Notes: generated from the sequence alone by a model not told the origin. 64,000 nt of DNA from a virus (IMGVR_UViG_3300003690_003155:32001-96000); one strand, 5' to 3'. Shown: positions 18,583-27,946, counted from the stretch's first letter. Numbers and translations are program-made.

Positions 18583-19851
18583 ATGACCGACAGAGATTTA
18601 AACTCTATTAATGAAGCTTTTATGAAAGCTACGAGTTCGAATACCGCTAAAGAGGGTGAAGAGCCGAAAAAACTTGTTACTGAAGATGTGGAGGATAGTC
18701 TTGACGAAACTGATTTCGGTGATCCTAGTCGTTATAGTGGTGATCGTTTAGATGGAGATTGGGACCCAGCACCTGGTGATATAGTAGAAGTAGAAGGTGA
18801 AGAGGAGGATTTTGTAGTTCTCGATATTGATGGAGACTATGTACATTTAGCTGCTGTGGGTGATGGAATAGAGGTTAAGAAAGATTCTATCGTGAAAAAG
18901 GAATATCCAGAAGCTACGGAATCACAGTATAGTGATCGTATACCAGTTAGAGTAAAGAGAGAGTCAATAACATTAAAGGAGAGAAAAATGGATTATTTAA
19001 AAAATATTATGAGCGAATATGAGGACACATTGTGTTCTAGTAAATATAAAGTTCGCGAGAAAAACGAGGTTGGTAAAGATCCGGTGAAGCCAGATGAATC
19101 TGTTGGAAAGAAGAAGATAAATGCGAAGACTCAACGACCAGAGGGTGAGGTTACGGAGGACGGCGCGCAACCTAAAAAGCAAAAAACGGTAGAAGATTTA
19201 CAGGTGCCCGTCGAAGCAGGAAACGAAGTTGTCGACAAAAAGGTAAAAAAAGAGAAGAAAGTTGCTAAGGAGAGTATAAATACTTGTAACAAAGGTAATA
19301 TTATGTCGGAAGATAAAACAGACGATAAGTCAATATTTGATAAGCTCTATGAGCAGGTAATGGGTGAAGACGATGATTTTGAACTCGGTCTAACTCCCGG
19401 TGATGATCTCGGTTTTGATGGCGAGGTTGATGACGCGCTCGGAGATGAAGGTGGCGAAGATGTCACAGTAACGTTAACCCCAGTACAAGCCGATGCTATT
19501 CGAGCGGTCGCTGATCAGCTCGCTCCTCCAGATGACGAGGAAGAGGATGAGTTTGGTGGCGACGAAGAGCCTGTTGGAGATGAAAACTTCGAGGGTGTTG
19601 AAGAGGATGTAACACCATCAACTGGTGTGCCTACATCTGATGGTAAGACACCTGGTACAGATCCTTCTGATGGTGGAGGTAAAGCCACTGATGTAGCTGC
19701 TGATAGTTTAGGCGGTAAGTCGACAGGTACAGGCGATGCCAAGGTTACTGACGATGAGACTACTGGTAAAGAAACTGGTGAAGGTAAAAAGCCAGGAGTT
19801 CACAAAGCCAGTGGTAAGCCCGGGCCGTTAAAGGCTAAGTCGAAGACCTAA
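18583..19851 (+). CDS. Highly acidic late protein (putative prohead core / internal head protein)
   Basis: Very D/E-rich, low-complexity, late promoter upstream and terminator downstream; possible internal starts at 18988 and 19303. Confidence 0.6.
   Translation: MTDRDLNSINEAFMKATSSNTAKEGEEPKKLVTEDVEDSLDETDFGDPSRYSGDRLDGDWDPAPGDIVEVEGEEEDFVVLDIDGDYVHLAAVGDGIEVKKDSIVKKEYPEATESQYSDRIPVRVKRESITLKERKMDYLKNIMSEYEDTLCSSKYKVREKNEVGKDPVKPDESVGKKKINAKTQRPEGEVTEDGAQPKKQKTVEDLQVPVEAGNEVVDKKVKKEKKVAKESINTCNKGNIMSEDKTDDKSIFDKLYEQVMGEDDDFELGLTPGDDLGFDGEVDDALGDEGGEDVTVTLTPVQADAIRAVADQLAPPDDEEEDEFGGDEEPVGDENFEGVEEDVTPSTGVPTSDGKTPGTDPSDGGGKATDVAADSLGGKSTGTGDAKVTDDETTGKETGEGKKPGVHKASGKPGPLKAKSKT
19275..19296 (+). 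promoter_or_regulatory. Intragenic late promoter plus Shine-Dalgarno-like site
   Basis: Perfect TATAAATA (19275-19282), AAAGGT (19291-19296), in-frame ATG at 19303; mirrors the gp18 leader. Confidence 0.6.
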
Positions 19852-19875
19852 TACAATTAAAACATAATACCTTTG

Positions 19876-19906
19876 AAAGCCCCTTACAAATGTAAGGGGC
19901 TTTTTT
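19876..19906 (+). terminator. Rho-independent terminator
   Basis: AAAGCCCCTTAC-AAAT-GTAAGGGGCTTT stem-loop ending in T6, 24 nt after the stop at 19851. Confidence 0.9.
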
Positions 19907-19920
19907 ATTAAATAATTAAA

Positions 19921-20232
19921 ATGTTATTTACGCGGAAATTTTTTGAAGCTTTAGGACTCCCGGATTTATATAAATTGAGAGGTAGTACAGGATCAGGAAG
20001 ATTGCATCAAAATTTATTACCAGCTAGTCATAGAACAAAACCTAATTCTTGTCATAAGCTAAAAAGATTAAAAGATGAGCAAAATGGAGTATTTCTTTTA
20101 AACGCTCAAGAAGTGCAAAGTATAAAAGAGTTATTTAAGATTACAGATTTAGAAAAGACAGGTTCTCGAAATTTAGGTAATACTGGAATAACAATGTATA
20201 TAACAGATAACAAATATTATATTAAAAAATAA
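19921..20232 (+). CDS. Hypothetical late protein
   Basis: TAAATA-N6-ATG; TAATG-coupled to gp14. Confidence 0.75.
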   Translation: MLFTRKFFEALGLPDLYKLRGSTGSGRLHQNLLPASHRTKPNSCHKLKRLKDEQNGVFLLNAQEVQSIKELFKITDLEKTGSRNLGNTGITMYITDNKYYIKK

Positions 20233-20966
20233 TGGCATCAGCATGGAGTACAGATACAGCTACCGCGGTAAATTATCATAGCGATGCTGAGGATATTATA
20301 CGATTTAATAATAAATCGCTAGGTACAAACGAGCGTAATCAAACATATAAAAAATGGTGGAAAGAGCAAGTAAGATTATATGGAACTAGTGTTAGTTATT
20401 ATGTTCGAAAATTTGATCTAGATTTAACTGATAAAGTGTATGGTGAGAACCCATATGAAGGATATCAAACTCCGCAGACACTTACTATGTTAATGGATTT
20501 AACGGACGGTGCTATAACGTACTCTCAATATGGTTTAGTATCTGATGATGAATTAGCGGCTGTGATAGATATTGAAACTTATCAAAAAACTCTTTCTTCT
20601 TATTATGCTAGTTCGACAATTACGGAGCCAAATGCTGGAGATGTATTTCAATTAATTGAATATGGGGATGATCGGCCCGCTGGCCGTAACGGTAAGATAT
20701 TTGAGATTACTGAGCGATTAGATGAGAGTGTCAGAGAAATAAATCAATTACAAGGACATTATGTATTTAAACTCCGGGCACGGAGGAACGATCATACATT
20801 CTTACCAGGATTAACTGCAGAGGCTAAATCTACACAAGTAGTTGATGTATCAGGTGTTGGGCCGTTATCTGCTATTGAAACTGATTACATACATGATATA
20901 GATACAGAACAAACAACGTATTTTGACTATGGTACTAACGACGATGTGTATGGTGATTATTACTAA
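20232..20966 (+). CDS. gp14: Neck / head closure protein (gp14-like)
   Basis: EQVRLYGTSVSYYVR, DKVYGE, SQYGLVSDDEL, EPNAGDVF, IFEITE. Confidence 0.8.
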   Translation: MASAWSTDTATAVNYHSDAEDIIRFNNKSLGTNERNQTYKKWWKEQVRLYGTSVSYYVRKFDLDLTDKVYGENPYEGYQTPQTLTMLMDLTDGAITYSQYGLVSDDELAAVIDIETYQKTLSSYYASSTITEPNAGDVFQLIEYGDDRPAGRNGKIFEITERLDESVREINQLQGHYVFKLRARRNDHTFLPGLTAEAKSTQVVDVSGVGPLSAIETDYIHDIDTEQTTYFDYGTNDDVYGDYY

Positions 20967-21156
20967 ACTCGTATTCTACATCTTTTAATACTGAGTGAAA
21001 TCTTTCGTTGATATATTTATTAATAGGTATTGGCTTAAGACAATCTGGGCTATGACCCAGTTTTTCTGCTTTATCAGAAATGATATTCACAGCTTCGAAT
21101 AAACATAACCATCGAGCTAAATGTGAATAATCTCTTGTTGGTGACTTATTTATCAT
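20935..21156 (-). CDS. Hypothetical protein (73 aa)
   Basis: Third gene of a small minus-strand operon. Confidence 0.65.
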   Translation of the reverse strand: MINKSPTRDYSHLARWLCLFEAVNIISDKAEKLGHSPDCLKPIPINKYINERFHSVLKDVEYEFSNNHHTHRR

Positions 21157-21535
21157 AAATTATTGTTGTAAGTAAAACGGTATTAATATCAATTACAATT
21201 TTATTAGCCGCTTTACATTCATCGCATTCAAATTCATTTTCTTCTGTTAGAGCAACATAGACATTATTCATTTTTTTACATTTTTGACATTCAGCTAGGA
21301 CTCGATTTTGTTCAGCTAATTGAGATAATACTAATGCTTCTTTTTCGAGATTTAATCGTGCTATATATCTAAGAATATTATTATAGAGAAGAAAAAAAAG
21401 TATTTGAAACCCTGTTGTACCTATTAATACCTGTATAAAAGTAGTAAGTGAAGGGTAAAATAAAAATGTAATACCGCTTATTGAACTCGAAATTAAAAAT
21501 ACAATTAATAAACTCTTAACTATCTGACTCATCAT
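21146..21535 (-). CDS. Membrane protein with two TM helices and a Zn ribbon
   Basis: Two hydrophobic stretches followed by CQKC...CDEC. Confidence 0.7.
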   Translation of the reverse strand: MMSQIVKSLLIVFLISSSISGITFLFYPSLTTFIQVLIGTTGFQILFFLLYNNILRYIARLNLEKEALVLSQLAEQNRVLAECQKCKKMNNVYVALTEENEFECDECKAANKIVIDINTVLLTTIIYDK

Positions 21536-21878
21536 GATCTAAATCTTCTGACACTGATTTTATAAGATCCTGAATTTTTTGCAACTTAAAAGTTGCGGAT
21601 TTAACAATTTTTTTATTTAAGTGTACGGCGGGATTATCGGCAAGCTGATTTATTAAATACGTAGCATCTGATATGTTTTTAAAGGCACTACCAAGCTGTT
21701 CGATTAAGTGATCTCCTGGAAATGGTATTAAGTCAGCTTTAACTCGATTATAAGTTTTGGGACTTGCTTTTGCAATATCAGCTAATGTTTTTGTCGTAGG
21801 TCGAACATGTCTAGCCTTTACGTCTTTCCAATACTTGTTAGTATACTTATATAAATCTTCGAAAAGTATGCCTTTCAT
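21516..21878 (-). CDS. Hypothetical late protein
   Basis: The ORF track starts at 21881; the second ATG (21878) fits TAAATA-N6-ATG. Confidence 0.7.
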   Translation of the reverse strand: MKGILFEDLYKYTNKYWKDVKARHVRPTTKTLADIAKASPKTYNRVKADLIPFPGDHLIEQLGSAFKNISDATYLINQLADNPAVHLNKKIVKSATFKLQKIQDLIKSVSEDLDHDESDS

Positions 21879-21880
21879 CA

Positions 21881-21901
21881 TAAGTATTTAATAAATACTT
21901 A
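21881..21901. promoter_or_regulatory. Perfect palindromic bidirectional late promoter
   Basis: TAAGTATTTA-A-TAAATACTTA (10-bp arms) between divergent genes. Confidence 0.75.
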
Positions 21902-21902
21902 C

Positions 21903-22307
21903 ATGGGAAAGTTTGAAAATAAATTTTTATCTTTACTTAAAGAAGATGAATTTGATGATCCGGTAAGCGCTATCGCCGCTGGTCCAGAAGATGATGCACA
22001 ATCTTTTGCTAATACTTTAGATGATCCTAGTAATGCATCTGAGTTCGAAGATGTAATCGATCAGCATCCTAATGAACTTAAGGAGCTTGAAGATTTACAA
22101 GAATGGATTGGTAATATTGATGAAGTAATAGAGTATCTTAATGGCGGAATTGGGAGTGTCTTAGGTCAATTGAGATCTGATAATAAAATTGGTACTATTT
22201 TTTCTGATGTTTCTGATGCTACAAAAAGCGAAGTACTTGATGTAGTTGAAAGATTAGCTAGTTTAAATCAAATTTTCAAAAACCTCTATCTAGAAAAACA
22301 TAAATAA
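21903..22307 (+). CDS. Acidic hypothetical late protein (putative internal head protein)
   Basis: TAAATA-N5-ATG; N-terminus MGKFENKFLSLLKED. Confidence 0.7.
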   Translation: MGKFENKFLSLLKEDEFDDPVSAIAAGPEDDAQSFANTLDDPSNASEFEDVIDQHPNELKELEDLQEWIGNIDEVIEYLNGGIGSVLGQLRSDNKIGTIFSDVSDATKSEVLDVVERLASLNQIFKNLYLEKHK

Positions 22308-22314
22308 TTATATC

Positions 22315-22668
22315 ATGGCTTACAGTACAGATCATATAAATCATTTAAAGCGGGTTGTCCAGGAAACAGCAGATGTGACAAGCTCGGCTAAACTCCATTG
22401 GAAGCACGCTAGCCCAGACGAGAGTGAGGCACTTGAAGCGGCATTTCATGCGGCTAAGAAGGCCCGGAAGTTTGCCACGCTGGAATTAGAAGCTGCTGAG
22501 GCTGAGAATGCACTTGCAGAGCCAATTGCTCCTGCTCCTGCACCACAACCCGAGCCGGTTGGTGACCTCACGATCGCTGAAGAGAAACATTTAAATCAGA
22601 AGTGGGGTTCATATTGTCGCCGTCAAGGTCGTAATCTGACTGCTAGACCAGAAGGGTGGGGAGAATAA
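22315..22668 (+). CDS. Hypothetical protein, Ala/Pro-rich
   Basis: TAAATA-N8-ATG; visibly higher GC than neighbours. Confidence 0.7.
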   Translation: MAYSTDHINHLKRVVQETADVTSSAKLHWKHASPDESEALEAAFHAAKKARKFATLELEAAEAENALAEPIAPAPAPQPEPVGDLTIAEEKHLNQKWGSYCRRQGRNLTARPEGWGE

Positions 22669-22679
22669 TTTAAAATATT

Positions 22680-22985
22680 ATGTATTCAAGAGGTTCATAT
22701 ACAGTAGCTAAGCCAGTTTCGGCGTTTGGTACTACTAATAATACGACATATGGTTTAGGTGAAACGTGGGATGGTTTTATTGTTACTAAAGCTTGTACAG
22801 GGACTGTTACCATTACTCTTATTGATGGCTATAACGCACAAACGATCGACACAATCACGAGTCCTGCAGGGAAGGCGACGATGGTTCCGTTTGTGAATCC
22901 GCAACCAGGAACATACAACGTATCACTTTGTAAAGTTACAAATTCAGTCGGGTCTGAAAATGCTAATATTATCGTTTTTCAGTAA
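22680..22985 (+). CDS. Hypothetical Thr-rich beta-strand protein (possible virion decoration)
   Basis: T/G/V/N-rich 101 aa ORF in a late operon. Confidence 0.65.
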   Translation: MYSRGSYTVAKPVSAFGTTNNTTYGLGETWDGFIVTKACTGTVTITLIDGYNAQTIDTITSPAGKATMVPFVNPQPGTYNVSLCKVTNSVGSENANIIVFQ

Positions 22986-24012
22986 TTCTTGATAATAGTA
23001 ATTTACCTTTTAATTCACTATAACTATTTTTAATTATAAACCGTGATGAGATTTCGTCGCGGTTTATTTTTATGCATAAGTCATTAAAGTCTTTATATTG
23101 TAATAATTCTTCAGGCCATATAAAACATTCTTCACCCTGACTAAGTAATGAGCGAGTTTTCTCTTTTGCAGTTTGATCGCAATATTGATTGTCAAGTACC
23201 CAAATACGCTTATGAAATGGTTTCTGTCTTATTTGGTGTTCTTGCTTTTTAGTAAAACAAGATCTTCCTTTACTAATACCACCAACAGCAACTCCGTTCT
23301 TAACAAAGAAACTATCTATTGGTCCTTCAAATATAAAAATATAATCTAAATTATTGTCTACTTTATCAATATTAAATATTGTTTTATCAGCGCCTATCTT
23401 TGATAAGTATTTTGGTTTTGTATCTTTTTTATTTTGTTTTAATTTTCTTGATTGATAGAAGACGATATTTTTATCATCATAAAAAGGAATGATTATTCTA
23501 TTTTTGTGTACGAAATCATTTCTACAAAACCAAAGTGTCTTAGGCTTATTAATTGCTGTAAACAGTTTTCTCTCTTTACATGTAATAATTGCATGAGTTA
23601 TCATTGGTTCATGATTATAAAAATTACATTGAATGTTATCATATAAGTTAATACAATCATCTGGTAATGATGGTGGTGGTTTTTCAGGGGTAAGTGTATC
23701 TTGTTTAGTATCGATAGGTATATTAAATGTATCTATTTCCTTACATTCATTAATTATATCAATATAAGATTTACCTGTTACTTCTTGAACCCACTTAATC
23801 GGCGATCCAGTCCAGCCGCAATTGTGGCAAAAAATATGATCTTCCTTTACTATATAATAAAGACGTCTTTTTTTATTCCAAGATTTACCTTCCCTGCATA
23901 TAGGACATCCACCTTCATATACATTGGTTAATTTTTTGTACTTAGGGTATCCTGCGTACTGATAAAATTTTTCAACAATATACTCTTGTGGAATTACTTC
24001 ACTTAGATTCAT
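22969..24012 (-). CDS. gp61: DNA primase
   Basis: Zn finger CPIC...CHNCG, RIIIPF, PKYL, TOPRIM FEGPIDSFF, WVLDN, KDFND. Confidence 0.95.
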   Translation of the reverse strand: MNLSEVIPQEYIVEKFYQYAGYPKYKKLTNVYEGGCPICREGKSWNKKRRLYYIVKEDHIFCHNCGWTGSPIKWVQEVTGKSYIDIINECKEIDTFNIPIDTKQDTLTPEKPPPSLPDDCINLYDNIQCNFYNHEPMITHAIITCKERKLFTAINKPKTLWFCRNDFVHKNRIIIPFYDDKNIVFYQSRKLKQNKKDTKPKYLSKIGADKTIFNIDKVDNNLDYIFIFEGPIDSFFVKNGVAVGGISKGRSCFTKKQEHQIRQKPFHKRIWVLDNQYCDQTAKEKTRSLLSQGEECFIWPEELLQYKDFNDLCIKINRDEISSRFIIKNSYSELKGKLLLSRITEKR

Positions 24013-24193
24013 CTACCGGGCGAGTACTAACTAGTACCTTTGAAATAAATTGACCGGTCATTGGATCAGTATAATGCGCTTCAGTACGAATTTCATTACC
24101 CATACGAATCTCTCTTATTACAGGAGCTACAGTAGCTCCTGATGGAGCAGTAATGGTGTGTGGATTTGGAACGTATTTAATTTTGTGTGGCAT
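23999..24193 (-). CDS. Hypothetical protein (64 aa)
   Basis: Overlaps both neighbours in the same operon. Confidence 0.65.
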   Translation of the reverse strand: MPHKIKYVPNPHTITAPSGATVAPVIREIRMGNEIRTEAHYTDPMTGQFISKVLVSTRPVDESK

Positions 24194-25088
24194 TTTTAAT
24201 TGCTTTGTTAATAATATTTATTATATTTTCATTATTATTAAAGGATTCTCGCCATGAAGTATAGTTTCTGACAATAGACCATAAATTTAATTTTTTAGCT
24301 TCTTCAAGAAATTTATTATAATTACTTTTAGTATTTTTGCTATCTTTTAATTGTTTTTCATATACAGGTACTTCATCTGGATAATAATCATATCCAACTG
24401 ATAGATCCATTAGTTGTAAATTTCTCTCATAAATAACCTGTTGTTGTTCTGTTAATTTAGTTAAATCTAATTTTTTAAATCGTGCTAGACCATATCTAGG
24501 AATCCCTGGTATATTATCAGATCTATCACCTGTAACTGCTCTATAATTTAAATATTGCTCTTTAGGTACTCCTGTATATTCTTCAAAATTTTGTAGTGTA
24601 ATTTCTTTCTTTTTAATAGGGCTATAAACTTTTGTATCTTGAGATATTGTTTGTAGTAAGTCCTTATCTGTAGTTACTATAACTTTTTTTCCTTTTAGGA
24701 TAGTTGAGAGCCATGCCATTAAATCATCAGCTTCCATTCTAAGCGGATACATATTATGTACTCCTAATAAAGCAATAACTTCTTGTATTTTTTCAGCGAA
24801 CTCAAGTACGTCTTTAAATTTGTCATTATCTCTGTTCGCTTTATATTGTACAGTTATCGCCTCACTTCTAAAATTAGTAGAAGGCCATTCTAATTTTTTA
24901 TCCCAGGTACAATAAATGTTTTCTGGTCTAAACTTATCAACATAAGATTTTAAAGATCGTAGAAATAAGAATATTTGGCCTGGACTATTATCTTCGTCTA
25001 ATTTAAAATTATTAGTCCAGAATATACGATATAAAAGATTGTTACCATCAATTATAAGATTATTTGTTCCACCAGTTCGCATTTTCAA
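24177..25088 (-). CDS. rnh: T4 RNase H-like 5'-3' exonuclease
   Basis: LIIDGNNL, YKANR, EADD, TTDKDLLQ, GDRSDNIPGI. Confidence 0.93.
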   Translation of the reverse strand: MKMRTGGTNNLIIDGNNLLYRIFWTNNFKLDEDNSPGQIFLFLRSLKSYVDKFRPENIYCTWDKKLEWPSTNFRSEAITVQYKANRDNDKFKDVLEFAEKIQEVIALLGVHNMYPLRMEADDLMAWLSTILKGKKVIVTTDKDLLQTISQDTKVYSPIKKKEITLQNFEEYTGVPKEQYLNYRAVTGDRSDNIPGIPRYGLARFKKLDLTKLTEQQQVIYERNLQLMDLSVGYDYYPDEVPVYEKQLKDSKNTKSNYNKFLEEAKKLNLWSIVRNYTSWRESFNNNENIINIINKAIKNATQN

Positions 25089-26058
25089 TATACCACATTA
25101 TAGTATGCTTTAAATCATTTTCAAATGTGTTTTCAGTTACAGAAAATTCTAATTGGGATCCTGATTTAATCATCATTGATCGATACATTGAGTCTCTTAA
25201 GCTATATCTAATATCATGACCTTTTCTATCCTCAACAAAACTAATAAAACTTGTTGATGTGTTTAATATTTTTAGTACAAGATATACAACATCAATATTA
25301 GGTATTTCTGAATGGTATTCTGAGTCAGGAGCAAGATTATATATTTGTCCTGCGGTGCCGCGTGTTAATACGTTATAGAGTTTTTCGCAATGATCTTTGA
25401 CGTACATCCATTGACGGACATTAACACCCTTCCCATATACTGGAATTGGTTCATTATTATTAACTTTTTGTATAACAACCGGTATAAACTTTTCAGTGTA
25501 TTGTCTTGGACCAAAGTTATTTGTACATCTTGTTATAACAATATCTTTTTTGTATGTTTTATGAAATGATAGGGCTAATAAATCTGCGCCAGCTTTTGTT
25601 GCTGAATATATTGACGATGGTTCTAATAAACTATATTCTTCGCTTGGTTCAGAATTAAGTTGTAAACTGCCGTATACTTCATCTGTACCTACTTGAAGAA
25701 ATCTTGTATTGTCGGGTAATTGTTTTAATAATTCATATACACCTACATAATTACTATCTATAAAGACATCACCAGCTTCGATACTATTATCTACATGAGA
25801 CTCTGCAGCGAAATTTACAATATAATCATATTCTTTATCTAATTTAAAATCCGAGATACTTACATATATTATATCTAATTTATTACTAGACTTTTTATAC
25901 ATGTCCCATAGATAGTCTTCTGTTTTTTCAGATACACAATATGCATAACTATCTATTATTGTTATTTTGCAATTTTTACATTTTTTATACAGTAATTCGA
26001 CGAAGTGACTTCCAATAAATCCTAAGCCGCCTGTTACTAAAATATTTTTATCTTTCAT
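25060..26058 (-). CDS. rmlB: dTDP-glucose 4,6-dehydratase
   Basis: TGGLGFIGS, FAAESHVDNSI, TDEVYG, YSATKAG, NNFGPRQ, DRKGHDIRY. Confidence 0.95.
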   Translation of the reverse strand: MKDKNILVTGGLGFIGSHFVELLYKKCKNCKITIIDSYAYCVSEKTEDYLWDMYKKSSNKLDIIYVSISDFKLDKEYDYIVNFAAESHVDNSIEAGDVFIDSNYVGVYELLKQLPDNTRFLQVGTDEVYGSLQLNSEPSEEYSLLEPSSIYSATKAGADLLALSFHKTYKKDIVITRCTNNFGPRQYTEKFIPVVIQKVNNNEPIPVYGKGVNVRQWMYVKDHCEKLYNVLTRGTAGQIYNLAPDSEYHSEIPNIDVVYLVLKILNTSTSFISFVEDRKGHDIRYSLRDSMYRSMMIKSGSQLEFSVTENTFENDLKHTIMWYIENANWWNK

Positions 26059-26726
26059 GTTTTTAATGTGTTAAGTACTTTATCAATATTTTCTTTTGTT
26101 CTATGATCCCACCAATAATGATGAGCAAAACTATCGCGAATATTTGATTCTGAAGAGTGTACATTAGATACTACTCCTTCATTTAATTCCCCGTCAATAT
26201 TTTGTCTTATATGTGGATATTCAAAATATAAATGTTTTATCATTTCTTGATCATCAGCATTTGTTTGAGACCGGGGAAGTTCAGATATTGTTGTTGGTTT
26301 TAGAAAAGTGCATGTGTTAAAAAATACTCTACTAAATATTGTATTTTTTATAATCATAAACCCAGTACATAGTCCGTGAGTATCTGATGATATAGTTATA
26401 TCTTTATGTATTAAGTTTTTAGATTCATCGAATATATTATAAGTAGGGTCTTTGATAAGAATATCAATATCGGAATATATAATATAATCGTACTGGGGAC
26501 CGAGTTTTTGGCCGTGATCATATTGTAGTTGGTTTGTGATAAGACTTAGTTTTCGAAGACGGCATATACTTTTATCTATATCATCGATTAAAATATGTTT
26601 ATATTCGTAGTTATTAGCTATAGCATACTTTTTAAAATACGGCTCAGTACATTCATATAAATCATTATATATTGATTCTTTTGGTGAATTATGATAGGTA
26701 AGAAGTAAAATACTTTTATCTTTCAT
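26055..26726 (-). CDS. GT34-like (MNN10/GMA12) glycosyltransferase
   Basis: KYAIANNYEY, YDYIIYSDID (DxD), LCTGFMIIKN, DDQ, FAHH. Confidence 0.7.
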   Translation of the reverse strand: MKDKSILLLTYHNSPKESIYNDLYECTEPYFKKYAIANNYEYKHILIDDIDKSICRLRKLSLITNQLQYDHGQKLGPQYDYIIYSDIDILIKDPTYNIFDESKNLIHKDITISSDTHGLCTGFMIIKNTIFSRVFFNTCTFLKPTTISELPRSQTNADDQEMIKHLYFEYPHIRQNIDGELNEGVVSNVHSSESNIRDSFAHHYWWDHRTKENIDKVLNTLKT

Positions 26727-27639
26727 CTGCTAGCTCTTTCGTGAGGTAGGTTTCCTTTTCACTCAATATTCTCATTAACGCATCTCGCTCCTGTGGCATA
26801 TCTAATCCGTATACTTTTAATTTATCTGTTGATAGAATACAATTAGATCTGTTAGATCTGTTAGCAACAATATGTTGTTTTAATTCATCGTAATTAATAA
26901 ATTTCCAATTTGGATTCCATAGTCCATGTTTATCTAAGATTTCACAAACTTGTTTTGTTGAAAGAGGTGCAGGATTAACACAGTTATATACACCTCCTGG
27001 CAGGTCATGAATATTAATAATTTTATTAATTACAAGAAGTAGATCCTCAATAACAGTTTTAGAGTTTACTTCATCAAGAATATTATTATATTTTAAAATT
27101 TTACTTAAGTAATTTTTTTGTGAATTAAAGTCATTGCAAACTGGCATTCTTATTCTCAATGTATAAACATTATCAAAGTTGTGTAAGCATAATTCTGCTG
27201 CATGCTTTGTTTTACTATACCAACTACTATCAGGATTAGTTAGTCCGAAATTTGGTTCATCTTCTTCTGTGTAATGTTTTTCTCCATCGTATATACATCC
27301 AGAGCTTACATTAATAATTTTTATATTATGTTGCGCGCAAAATTGAGCTAAAATAATAGGAAACGTTACATTTAAATCCCAGCAAATCTGTTTATTTTCC
27401 TCACAGGCATCTACATTTGGACTTCCAGTATATCCGACACAATTAATTATCCATTTAGCGTCACATCCTCGAATTTCATTTAATATATTATTAAATAACG
27501 TTTCTTTTAATTTTCCGGGAGTCGTATACGGGTAATGACATAAATGAACTACGTCATGTATATCTCCTGAGGTATCCAAAAAGTATTTGTATGCCTTTTT
27601 GCCTATATAACCGTTCCCTAAAACAATTATCTTATTCAT
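26716..27639 (-). CDS. NDP-4-keto-6-deoxyglucose epimerase/reductase (RmlD/NRS-ER-like)
   Basis: LGNGYIG, INCVGYTGSPNVDACE, SSGCIY, YSKTK, LRIRMP, RSNCIL. Confidence 0.85.
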   Translation of the reverse strand: MNKIIVLGNGYIGKKAYKYFLDTSGDIHDVVHLCHYPYTTPGKLKETLFNNILNEIRGCDAKWIINCVGYTGSPNVDACEENKQICWDLNVTFPIILAQFCAQHNIKIINVSSGCIYDGEKHYTEEDEPNFGLTNPDSSWYSKTKHAAELCLHNFDNVYTLRIRMPVCNDFNSQKNYLSKILKYNNILDEVNSKTVIEDLLLVINKIINIHDLPGGVYNCVNPAPLSTKQVCEILDKHGLWNPNWKFINYDELKQHIVANRSNRSNCILSTDKLKVYGLDMPQERDALMRILSEKETYLTKELADER

Positions 27640-27946
27640 TTCTAGTATTTGTTTGCTCTTGTATTTCTTTAAAAAAATCTAAACTAGACACTCTTCTTAG
27701 TAAAGTTTCTATAGCATCATAATCTTGAGGTGTTTTACCTGAAATAAGTAATACACTATCTCCTCTAATATCATATCCTACTAATATAAATGATTTTAAA
27801 TGTTCAATTAAATAATCATTAATAAATGACATGTCTTGTTCATTAATGTCATTTGATTCAATTGCATTAATATTTGATTTTAATAAATTATCGAAATTTT
27901 TACGTTTAGGTGTTGTTTTCTTCATTAGATGTAATTTGTTTTTCAA
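27632..27946 (-). CDS. Hypothetical protein
   Basis: Operon-coupled ORF; the start may be an internal Met. Confidence 0.65.
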   Translation of the reverse strand: MKNKLHLMKKTTPKRKNFDNLLKSNINAIESNDINEQDMSFINDYLIEHLKSFILVGYDIRGDSVLLISGKTPQDYDAIETLLRRVSSLDFFKEIQEQTNTRNE

